Origin: Haloplanus sp.
GTDB lineage: Archaea; Halobacteriota; Halobacteria; Halobacteriales; Haloferacaceae
DNA: 64,000 nt
Reading direction: 5' to 3'
NCBI RefSeq assembly: GCF_028275055.1
Contig: NZ_JAQCNJ010000072.1
Span: forward strand, 4,508 to 68,507
The notes beneath the pieces were generated by a model that ran no database searches, was not told the origin of the DNA, and saw only the letters and a list, made by a program, of their open reading frames with translations. Numbering within the stretch: position 1 is the stretch's first letter; each line of letters opens with the position of its first letter. Positions 1 through 8,173 of this stretch are shown piece after piece. The position numbers and the translations under genes are program-made.

Positions 1-150
1 GGTGTTATCTCCGACCCCGACCCGCTGGCCGCCGATCTCTCCGCCGTTCCGGGTGTCGTCGAACACGGACTGTTCGTCGGCCTCACCGACGAGGTTCACG
101 TCGGCCGCGCCGACGGCGTGACCGTTCGGACGACGGCGGGACGTGACTGA
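1..150 (+). CDS. rpiA: Ribose-5-phosphate isomerase A, C-terminal fragment (runs off window start)
   Basis: Frame 1 reads ...[21 protein letters not shown]...; PGVVEHGLF is the RpiA C-terminal motif; TGA at 148-150. Confidence 0.9.
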   Translation, partial: GVISDPDPLAADLSAVPGVVEHGLFVGLTDEVHVGRADGVTVRTTAGRD

Positions 151-207
151 CAGACGGCGTCGCTCAGTGGCTGAAACAGCTGAAACAGCGGAAAAACGGA
201 GGCCGGA

Positions 208-375
208 TTACAGATCGCGCGGCTGCACGGTCTTCCGGTCGTTCTGTTCTGCACGACGCGAGGCGTCCTCGAGGAGTTCCTCTACCTCGTCGTCGAGGGC
301 ATTGTAGAAGTCCGAAGAGACGTTCTTATTCTGGAGCGCTTCCTTGACGGCTGCTTTAACGATGAGGTCTGCCAT
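208..375 (-). CDS. Small histone-fold (DUF1931-like) protein, 55 aa
   Basis: Manual translation MADLIVKAAVKEALQNKNVSSDFYNALDDEVEELLEDASRRAEQNDRKTVQPRDL; RKTV..RDL histone-fold end; below the ORF track cutoff; AT-rich TATA-like element near 399-407. Confidence 0.9.
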   Translation of the reverse strand: MADLIVKAAVKEALQNKNVSSDFYNALDDEVEELLEDASRRAEQNDRKTVQPRDL

Positions 376-466
376 ACGACCTACACAAGCCGACCCCTAT
401 TAATAAGATTTCCCAAATCCGCCGCGCATACGGCCACAAATGCCGTTCTGCCGCCCTCCGGTGCAG

Positions 467-478
467 ATATATAAATAC
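467..478 (+). promoter_or_regulatory. TATA box upstream of larB
   Basis: ATATATAAATAC in a GC-rich background, about 50 nt before ATG 527. Confidence 0.55.
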
Positions 479-526
479 TGTGGCCCGAACCGACACCTAC
501 GAGTGTCTCACCGGTCCACGACCGAT

Positions 527-1285
527 ATGCGCGACGTACTCGACGCGGTGGCGAGTGGCGAACTCTCACCGGCCGAGGCGGAGGCTCGCCTCGCCGGTTA
601 CGCGACAACGGATGCGGGACGGTTCGACGCCGCCCGCGAGCGCAGACGAGGGATCCCCGAGGCGGTGCTCGCGGACGGCAAAACGCCGGCCGAGGTGGCC
701 TCGATGGCCGAGGTGGCCCTCGAAACGACCGGACGGGCCGTGATCACCCGCGCCACCGCCGACCACGTCGCGGCCGTTACCGACGACCTGCCGGTGGACG
801 CGACGGTCCATCGCGACGACCGCGCCCGGACGCTCGTCGTCCGAGCGCCGGCGTTCGATCCCCCGGTTCTCGACGCGACCGTGGCCGTCGTCACCGCGGG
901 CACCTCCGACGCGGCGGCGGCGGGTGAAGCGGCCGTTCTCGCCCGCACCATCGGCGCGACGGTCAACCGGGTTGACGACGTCGGCGTCGCTCACTTGGGC
1001 CGGATCGTCGACAATCTCGACGCGATCCGGGCGGCCGACGTGGCCATCGTCGCCGCCGGGCGGGAAGGGGCACTCCCCACCGTCGTCGCCGGCCTCGTCG
1101 ACACGCCGGTGATCGGTCTGCCGGTGTCGACGGGCTATGGCTTCGGCGGAAACGGCGAGGCGGCTCTTAGTGGAACACTCCAGTCATGCACCGTGCTTTC
1201 GACCGTCAACATCGACGCCGGCTTCACCGCCGGCGCACAGGCGGGGCTGATCGCTCGCGCGGTCGACGCCGCTCGTGACGATTGA
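527..1285 (+). CDS. larB: Nickel pincer cofactor biosynthesis protein LarB (PurE-like)
   Basis: AGTSD, DVGVA, AGREGALP, PVSTGYG, VNIDAGF motifs. Confidence 0.9.
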   Translation: MRDVLDAVASGELSPAEAEARLAGYATTDAGRFDAARERRRGIPEAVLADGKTPAEVASMAEVALETTGRAVITRATADHVAAVTDDLPVDATVHRDDRARTLVVRAPAFDPPVLDATVAVVTAGTSDAAAAGEAAVLARTIGATVNRVDDVGVAHLGRIVDNLDAIRAADVAIVAAGREGALPTVVAGLVDTPVIGLPVSTGYGFGGNGEAALSGTLQSCTVLSTVNIDAGFTAGAQAGLIARAVDAARDD

Positions 1286-1428
1286 GCCGGTTGGCAACGC
1301 ATATCCACAGTTACGACTCCTTTTGTCGATATAACTGGACATTTGTTTGTCCGTCGCGTGCGCGCGCGGCAGGCATTTACGGGTGTGGGATAAACAATGG
1401 GTACCGGCGGACGGTAGCCGGCACAATC

Positions 1429-1578
1429 ATGGCACGCTGCGATCACTGTGGGTCACACGTCTCGGAACGCTTCGCACGGGTGTTCGCCGACGCAAACGGG
1501 CGCATCCTCGCTTGCCCCAGTTGTTCGGCCAACGCTGGCATCGCGGAGGCCTCGAGACAACGCACCCCGAACGCCTAA
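1429..1578 (+). CDS. Small zinc-finger protein (CxxC...CPxC), 49 aa
   Basis: MARCDHCGSHVSERFARVFADANGRILACPSC; typical haloarchaeal one-domain Zn finger. Confidence 0.8.
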   Translation: MARCDHCGSHVSERFARVFADANGRILACPSCSANAGIAEASRQRTPNA

Positions 1579-1681
1579 CGGTTGTAACGCCCTTTGACCA
1601 CCACACCAAGCCACCTTCGGAACGCGGGACGCGGGCGCCGACACGCGGACCACTATGTGCGGCCGGGCCGACGGTCCGACG

Positions 1682-1930
1682 ATGCATTACGTCTACGTAA
1701 TCGAGTGTTCTGACGGCACCTACTACACGGGGTACACGACCGACGTGGAGCGACGCGTCGCCGAACACGACGCCGGCGAGGGGGCAAAGTACACCCGCGG
1801 ACGAACGCCCGTCGAACTCGTCCACGCCGAGTCACACGACACGCGGTCGGCGGCGATGTCCCGCGAACACGAGATCAAGTCCTTCTCCCGGCGGGCAAAG
1901 GAGCGACTGATCGAGAACAACGACGCGTGA
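1682..1930 (+). CDS. GIY-YIG nuclease family (UPF0213/YhbQ-like)
   Basis: [35 protein letters not shown]. Confidence 0.92.
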   Translation: MHYVYVIECSDGTYYTGYTTDVERRVAEHDAGEGAKYTRGRTPVELVHAESHDTRSAAMSREHEIKSFSRRAKERLIENNDA

Positions 1931-1964
1931 GCACCTTTTTGCCCCTCGCCCGGGACCGGGTCGT

Positions 1965-3332
1965 ATGGACGCCATCTCCTTCGGGACGGACGGGTGGCGC
2001 GCCCGTCTCGACGTTTTTACCGACGAGCGTGTGCGGATGGTCGGCCAAGCCGTCGCGGACTACCTCGCCGAGGAGGGAGTCGACGCCCCCGTCGCCGTCG
2101 GCTACGACGCCCGTGTGACCTCCGAGGGGTTCGCCGAGTCGCTCGGGGACGTTCTCGCGGGCAACGGATTCGACGTGTGGTTGTCCGACCGCGACTGCCC
2201 GACCCCCGTGGTCGCGTGGGGAGTCGTCGATTGCGACCTCGCGGGGGCGTTGATGATCACCGCCTCTCACAACCCGCCCGAGTACAACGGGGTGAAGTTC
2301 ATCCCCGGCAACGGCGCACCGGCGCTCCCCGCCGTGACCGACGCCATCGAGGCCCGCCTCGCCGACCCGTCGACCGACGGTCCTCAGGGGTCGGTAACAC
2401 GCGTCGACTTCGTTGCCGCTCACGCCGACCAGGCCCGAGACGCGATCGATCCCGACTGTGCGGGGCTGACCGTCGTCTACGACGCGATGCACGGGAGCGG
2501 CCGGGACGTTACCGACGCCCTTCTCGAATCCGCCGGCGCGACGGTGTTCCGGCGTCGCTGTGAGCGGGACGCCTCCTTCGGAGGTGGGTCGCCGGAGCCG
2601 AGCGCGGAGCGTCTCGCCGGCCTCGTCGACGCCGTCGGTGCTCACGACGCCGATCTGGGGGTCGCAAACGACGGCGACGCGGACCGCCTCGCCGTCGTCA
2701 CGCCCGACCGCGGCGTTCTCGACGAGAACCTCTTTTTTGCGGCCGTCTACGATGCGTTGCTCGAATCGGACGCCGGTCCCGCCGTCCGGTCGGTCTCCAC
2801 CACGTTTCTGATCGACCGGGTCGCAGACGCCCACGGGGAGGAGGTGATCGAGACGCCGGTCGGATTCAAGTGGATCGCCGAGGCGATGGTCGAGGCCGAC
2901 GCCCTGATCGGCGGCGAGGAGTCCGGCGGCTTCAGCCTCCGCGGCCACGTCCCCGAGAAAGACGGCGTGGTGATGGCGTTGCTCGCCGCCGACATGACGG
3001 CGGCCGAGCCGCTGGATCGGCGCGTCGACCGCCTACTCGACGCCCACGGTGCCATCGTCGCGGACAAGGTAAGCGTCGACTGCCCCGACGACCGGAAAAC
3101 GGCGGTCGTCGACGGTCTCGGCGACGTTCTCCCCGCGTCGATCGCCGGCCGCGCGGTCGACGACGTGATCACCCTCGACGGGTTCAAACTCCTGTTGTCG
3201 GACGGCTCGTGGCTCCTCATCCGGCCGAGCGGGACGGAGCCGAAAATGCGCGTCTACGCCGAGGCTCGGAGCCGCGAGCGGGTCGACGCGTTGCTTGACG
3301 AGGGTCGAGACCTGGTCGCCGGGCTGGTCTGA
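1965..3332 (+). CDS. Phosphoglucomutase/phosphomannomutase
   Basis: FGTDGWR, TASHNP (phospho-Ser), DGDADR, GEESG, RPSGTEP. Confidence 0.95.
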   Translation: MDAISFGTDGWRARLDVFTDERVRMVGQAVADYLAEEGVDAPVAVGYDARVTSEGFAESLGDVLAGNGFDVWLSDRDCPTPVVAWGVVDCDLAGALMITASHNPPEYNGVKFIPGNGAPALPAVTDAIEARLADPSTDGPQGSVTRVDFVAAHADQARDAIDPDCAGLTVVYDAMHGSGRDVTDALLESAGATVFRRRCERDASFGGGSPEPSAERLAGLVDAVGAHDADLGVANDGDADRLAVVTPDRGVLDENLFFAAVYDALLESDAGPAVRSVSTTFLIDRVADAHGEEVIETPVGFKWIAEAMVEADALIGGEESGGFSLRGHVPEKDGVVMALLAADMTAAEPLDRRVDRLLDAHGAIVADKVSVDCPDDRKTAVVDGLGDVLPASIAGRAVDDVITLDGFKLLLSDGSWLLIRPSGTEPKMRVYAEARSRERVDALLDEGRDLVAGLV

Positions 3333-3433
3333 CGGTTCTTTGTTCCGGGTTCCGCCGCCGAAGTCGACATTCCCATATTCCTCCACCCCTCACTCTTGGA
3401 CATGCGTGTGACCGACTGGGACCGACGGGAGGC

Positions 3434-4132
3434 GTGGCCGTGAGCAATGCGCTTGGTCCCCTGTCACGGCTTCGCCGCCTCGTGTCCGCGGATCTGGCCG
3501 CCATTCGGTGGTGGTGTCTCGTCGTCGCGGCCGAGGTCGCCGTCGCGACGGCCTACATCGACCTCGCGGGACTGACCATCACCCAGCCCCGGTACGTGGT
3601 TTACCCGTTCGTTTGGATCAACGTCGGCGTCTGGGCGGTTCTCCGGACGCAGACGCCGCGTGTCGACCGCCGGCAATGGGGTATCGCGACCGCGGTGGCC
3701 GTCGGCTACCTCCTCGTGCTTCTGTGGGCCGGTGGGGTGCTTCTCGTTGGACTCCTCGAACCGCTCCCCGGCGGGGCGGCGGCGTCGGTCTACTGGGACA
3801 TCCCGGGGCGAGGCCCCATCGTCGTCTACGGGACGCCCCACCTCAGGCTCTCACTCATCCCGTTCAAGCTCGTCGGGTATCTCACCCTGGCGTATCTCGT
3901 TTACGCCAGACTGCTCGATGCGACGCGGGTGGCGCTCTCCGGTGCGCTGGGATTGTTTTCGTGTGTCGGCTGTGCCTTCTCGATCCTCCTGCCCCTGCTC
4001 GGCGCGACGACGCTGTTCGGGTCGACGCTCACCGGCTTCGCGTGGGACCTCTCGACGCTCGTGTTCGTGTTCACCGTCGCGCTCCTCTACTGGGCCGACG
4101 CGGTCGGTGCCGCCGTCTCGCGCCGCCGCTAG
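3434..4132 (+). CDS. Conserved haloarchaeal multi-pass membrane protein
   Basis: Several TM segments, YPFVWIN and FSCVGC (CxxC) motifs. Confidence 0.75.
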   Translation: MAVSNALGPLSRLRRLVSADLAAIRWWCLVVAAEVAVATAYIDLAGLTITQPRYVVYPFVWINVGVWAVLRTQTPRVDRRQWGIATAVAVGYLLVLLWAGGVLLVGLLEPLPGGAAASVYWDIPGRGPIVVYGTPHLRLSLIPFKLVGYLTLAYLVYARLLDATRVALSGALGLFSCVGCAFSILLPLLGATTLFGSTLTGFAWDLSTLVFVFTVALLYWADAVGAAVSRRR

Positions 4133-4728
4133 CGTTCTCCACGAAGACGGCCGTCAGCCGGTTCGGTCTCGGTGATCTCGAACCCGAGCGACTCGTAAAA
4201 CCGGCACACGTCGGGGTCGAACTCGGCGACGAGGCGGTCGCGGCGCTCGGCCGCCGCCGACACGAGGGCGGTCCCAACCCCGCGGTCGCGCCACCGGCGA
4301 CGCGTCGCCACCGCGGTGATGCGGTCGCCGTCGCAAACGAGTGCGCCGACGACGTTCTCCCCGACGGTCGCCACCCGGACGCCACCGGCCTCGATGCGTT
4401 TCCGGACCGTCGCCGCGTCGGCTTCGAGCGCCGCGCCGTCGACGACCCGCATCACGTCGAGGTGGTCCTCGGCGGTGGCCGGGCGCACCCGGACGCGGTC
4501 GTCGACGACGCCGGGGTCGGGTCGCGCGCCACCCTTGAGGAGACGGAGAACGCGGACCCGGTCGGCGTCGATCGTCCCGTTCTCGGGGACGGGCGTGCCG
4601 TCGACGAGAACGGCCGCCTCGTGGGACGTGAACGAAAGCGCCGCCAGCAGGTCGCCGTACGTCGCGTCGTCGTCGAGACACAGCTCCCGCTCACCCTCGC
4701 CGACCACCTCGACGCGAACCGTCGGCAT
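4129..4728 (-). CDS. samp2: SAMP2-like ubiquitin-fold domain fused in frame to GNAT acetyltransferase
   Basis: aa1-67 beta-grasp ending VRVLRLLKGG; no stop after GG (GGT GGC GCG CGA); then GNAT with RDRGVGTAL acetyl-CoA motif and FYESLGF. Confidence 0.85.
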   Translation of the reverse strand: MPTVRVEVVGEGERELCLDDDATYGDLLAALSFTSHEAAVLVDGTPVPENGTIDADRVRVLRLLKGGARPDPGVVDDRVRVRPATAEDHLDVMRVVDGAALEADAATVRKRIEAGGVRVATVGENVVGALVCDGDRITAVATRRRWRDRGVGTALVSAAAERRDRLVAEFDPDVCRFYESLGFEITETEPADGRLRGER

Positions 4729-5287
4729 GGCTCGACCGAGGGGCGCGGCGGTCCTGAACCTTCGGATTCGGGCCACCCCTGCGGTGCCAGTCATCGTTCC
4801 GGTGGGGCCGTTTCCGGTCGGCGGCGATTCCGTTCTCCCACGCATCGGGGAAGCCGGGCACCCGGCGCCCTACGACGGGGAAACCGCCATCCGAGTCGCG
4901 GTGAACGCGAGGCGGCTGACGGCGTGACAGACGACCGGAACCGCCTCACTGCCCCCGACGGCATCGCGCAACGGCGCCCGGACGCACCGAGCCTGACCTC
5001 TGATCCACCTCCCGCTCGGTGCCGTCGCCGCGAACGCGCTCGGCGATCTCCCCGCTGCCCTCGCCGGACCGACCGACTGCCGAACACCGGTGGGTGTAGC
5101 GACGGCGACACCGACATCGAGTTCGGTGCCACAGAGCGTTGTCGGGGGTCGGTTCACCCCTCTCCACGGGTTCCCGTCTCGCTGACAACGGGCAGCGGGA
5201 GTGCGTACACCCGGCCGTGCGGGGCCATACGGGCTGGGGCCAGACTCGACGGTCCGCTACCTGTGTCACACCTCGGTGCTGGTCGTG

Positions 5288-5716
5288 CTATCCGCGTCCG
5301 GCGTACGCTAACACAAGCACGCCGCCGATTAGGAGTGTGTCCACGACCGGATCGGGGACCGACGTGCCGTCGCCCACAACACCGAGCGAGACGAGTGCCA
5401 CCGCAACGACGACCGACCGTGGCCGGTCGGCCAGTCGACCGATCAAGGCCCGCCCCGACCAGTACGCCGCCACCGCCGCCGATGCAACGGCGACACCGGC
5501 CGGCCGATTTCCATCGGGATTCTCCGCGGGGCCGAACCGCTCGAACTCGTCGTTGTCGACGGTCAGGATCACGCCCGTGTTGCGTCGGCGTCCGTCGGCG
5601 TCCCCGACCCGAAGCAGCGTCACGCCATCCTCGCGTGTCCCGACGACGCGGTAGATTCCGTCCGGGTGGTCGGGTTCGCCTGACGACACGTGATCGAAAA
5701 CCGAGGGCGACGCCAT
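5288..5716 (-). CDS. Hypothetical membrane-anchored protein
   Basis: MASPSVFDH...GIYRVVG...LLRVGDADGRR; acidic N-domain and hydrophobic C-terminus. Confidence 0.7.
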   Translation of the reverse strand: MASPSVFDHVSSGEPDHPDGIYRVVGTREDGVTLLRVGDADGRRRNTGVILTVDNDEFERFGPAENPDGNRPAGVAVASAAVAAYWSGRALIGRLADRPRSVVVAVALVSLGVVGDGTSVPDPVVDTLLIGGVLVLAYAGRG

Positions 5717-5809
5717 TGTCGATTGTACGCATTCGGGGATAATAACCGATCGGTCGCCGACGCTCCCCGTCTCGGGGAGTTTATGTGCCGACCGGCCTCT
5801 CGATACGGT

Positions 5810-8086
5810 ATGAGCGAGGCCGACGGGTCGGGACCGGGCCGGGAAATCTGGATCGAGAAGTACCGCCCGAAGACCCTCGACGACGTGAACGGACAGACCG
5901 ACATCGTTGACCGTCTGTCGAGTTACATCGAACGGGACGACCTGCCCCATCTCTTGTTTTCAGGCCCGGCAGGCATCGGTAAAACAACCTGCGCCACGGC
6001 TATCGCCCGCGAGGTGTACGGCGACGACTGGCGGGGGAACTTTCTCGAACTCAACGCCTCGGACCAGCGCGGGATCGACGTGGTGCGCGACCGGATCAAG
6101 AACTTCGCGCGTTCGTCGTTTGGTGGGTTCGATTATCGCATCATCTTTCTCGACGAGGCTGACTCGTTGTGCGTGCCGCCGGGGACCGAAGTGGTCACTG
6201 GGCATCCGTCGAAGCCCGAAGTGAAGCCGATAGAGGAGGTGAGCGACGAGGGGGAACCGATCCCGTCGGTCGACTTCGAGACGAACGAGATACAGTCCGA
6301 CAGCGGGAAACTCGTCGACTCGGGCGTCGCGGACTTCTTCGAGATCGAACTGGCTGATGGCCGGACGGTTCTGGCGAGTCTGAGCCACCCGTTCTTCGTC
6401 GTCTACGAGGACGGGCGACTCGTCGAGAAAGAGTTACGCGAACTGTCTCCGGGGGACAAAATCGCGGATTTCAAAGACGACATCGGTGTGTCGCGGTGCG
6501 AGAGCTGTGGTGCTTGGACTGCAGGGCGGTTCTGCTCTGTCGACTGCAAGGACGAAGGACACAGTCGGGATATGAGCGGCGAACGGAACCCGATGTACGG
6601 GACCACGTGGTCGGATGAACGACGCCAGAAGATCGTTGAGAAACTCTCTGACGGTCGATTTGCGGGCGAGAACAACCCGAATTACGGTGGCTCGTTTCAC
6701 GGAACCCACGTCTGGGAGATGGACGACGAGACGGTGGAACGAGTCCGCGAAACGATAAGTGAGATGCGATCCGGAACGCCGTGGGAGGAGTGGGTAGTCG
6801 ATGCCGACCCTGAACGCGTAAAGGAGGAAATCGGGATGGCTTCCGCCGAGTGGTGGGCGAGTCTCGCTGATGAAGAAAAAGCGGCGATCATCGAAAAGAG
6901 CGTCGAGAACTGCGATTATCCGGTTCGTGATATCAGCGGCGACGACAACCCCATGCGCGACCCCGAAGTCGCGCAAAAAGTCTCCGAGGCATTACAGGGA
7001 CACGAGCCAACGGGTGGTAACGTCAGACACAGCGACGAACTCGGTCACCTCGTCCGATCCGATTGGGAGTACGAGGTCGGAAAGGCGTTGCAGGATGCGA
7101 ATATCGACTATGAGTACGAGCCGACGTTCGAACTGTCCGACTCGGTGTACCATCCCGACTTCTTGCTCGACGATACCGTAATCGAGGTCAAAGGGGTCGC
7201 CGCACTGTGGGGACAGACCGAGAAGGTAGAGGAGTTCCTCGAAACCTACGGCGACGAATACACGTTCATCGTCGTCGGCGATGAGGAGCTTCCTCATCAC
7301 GAACACTATCACCGGTCGGAGTTCGATCCAACAGTGCTCTCCGATGGCGGCCTCGGAGCGGTCGAAACCGTCGAAATCAGCCACATCGAACACAACCACC
7401 GAGGAAAGGCCTACAATATCAGCATGGATGGGACGCCGAACTTCATGCTCGCGAACGGGATTTTGACCCACAACACCTCGGACGCCCAGTCAGCCCTCCG
7501 CCGAACCATGGAGCAGTTCGCCGACAACACCCGCTTCATTCTCTCGTGTAACTACTCCAGTCGGATCATCGACCCGATCCAGTCCCGGTGTGCGGTCTTT
7601 CGCTTCTCGCCGCTTCCGGACGACGCCGTCGCGGCACAGGTCCGCGAGATCGCCGCGGCCGAGGGAATCGACCTGACCGACGACGGTCTCGACGCCTTGG
7701 TGTACGCCGCCAGCGGGGACATGCGCCGCGCGATCAACACGCTTCAGGCGGCGGCGACGACCGGCGAGACCGTCGACGACGAGGCCGTTTACACCGTCAC
7801 CTCGACGGTCCGGCCGGAGAAGATCGAGTCGATGATCGAGGCGGCCATCGACGGCGACTTTCCACGGGCACGGTCGACGTTGGAAACGCTTCTCGTGGAT
7901 TCGGGGATGGCGGGTGGCGACGTGATCGACCAACTCCACCGGTCGGCGTGGGAGTTCGACCTCGACGACCGGCGAACGGTCCGCCTGATGGAGCGGTTGG
8001 GCGAGGCCGACTACCGCATCACTGAGGGGGCAAACGAGCAGGTGCAGTTGGAGGCGATGCTGGCGTCGCTTGCGCTTGAGGACTGA
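5810..8086 (+). CDS. rfcS: Replication factor C small subunit, intein-containing
   Basis: WIEKYRP, GPAGIGKTT, LELNASD, FLDEAD, SRC motifs; 435-aa insertion after DEADSL. Confidence 0.96.
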   Translation: MSEADGSGPGREIWIEKYRPKTLDDVNGQTDIVDRLSSYIERDDLPHLLFSGPAGIGKTTCATAIAREVYGDDWRGNFLELNASDQRGIDVVRDRIKNFARSSFGGFDYRIIFLDEADSLCVPPGTEVVTGHPSKPEVKPIEEVSDEGEPIPSVDFETNEIQSDSGKLVDSGVADFFEIELADGRTVLASLSHPFFVVYEDGRLVEKELRELSPGDKIADFKDDIGVSRCESCGAWTAGRFCSVDCKDEGHSRDMSGERNPMYGTTWSDERRQKIVEKLSDGRFAGENNPNYGGSFHGTHVWEMDDETVERVRETISEMRSGTPWEEWVVDADPERVKEEIGMASAEWWASLADEEKAAIIEKSVENCDYPVRDISGDDNPMRDPEVAQKVSEALQGHEPTGGNVRHSDELGHLVRSDWEYEVGKALQDANIDYEYEPTFELSDSVYHPDFLLDDTVIEVKGVAALWGQTEKVEEFLETYGDEYTFIVVGDEELPHHEHYHRSEFDPTVLSDGGLGAVETVEISHIEHNHRGKAYNISMDGTPNFMLANGILTHNTSDAQSALRRTMEQFADNTRFILSCNYSSRIIDPIQSRCAVFRFSPLPDDAVAAQVREIAAAEGIDLTDDGLDALVYAASGDMRRAINTLQAAATTGETVDDEAVYTVTSTVRPEKIESMIEAAIDGDFPRARSTLETLLVDSGMAGGDVIDQLHRSAWEFDLDDRRTVRLMERLGEADYRITEGANEQVQLEAMLASLALED
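6170..7474 (+). mobile_element. Intein in RFC small subunit with atypical endonuclease region
   Basis: Starts Cys (CVPPGTEV), block B SLSHPF, ends GILTHN followed by Thr; excision restores DEADSL-TSDAQSALRR. Confidence 0.95.
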
Positions 8087-8173
8087 ACTCCTCCCCGCCG
8101 CAGTCCGGTCCTTTTGACCCGAGATGGCCGTTCCCGGAACTGTTTTATTCGGAGCCGGGAGAAGAAGGTGGTA

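Noticed and set aside
169-189. GCTGAAACA direct repeat between convergent genes
   Set aside because: Only two 9-bp copies; chance or terminator-region slippage
1682-1930. GIY-YIG nuclease as a mobile homing element
   Set aside because: Short standalone UPF0213-type protein in a core context with no intron or intein features
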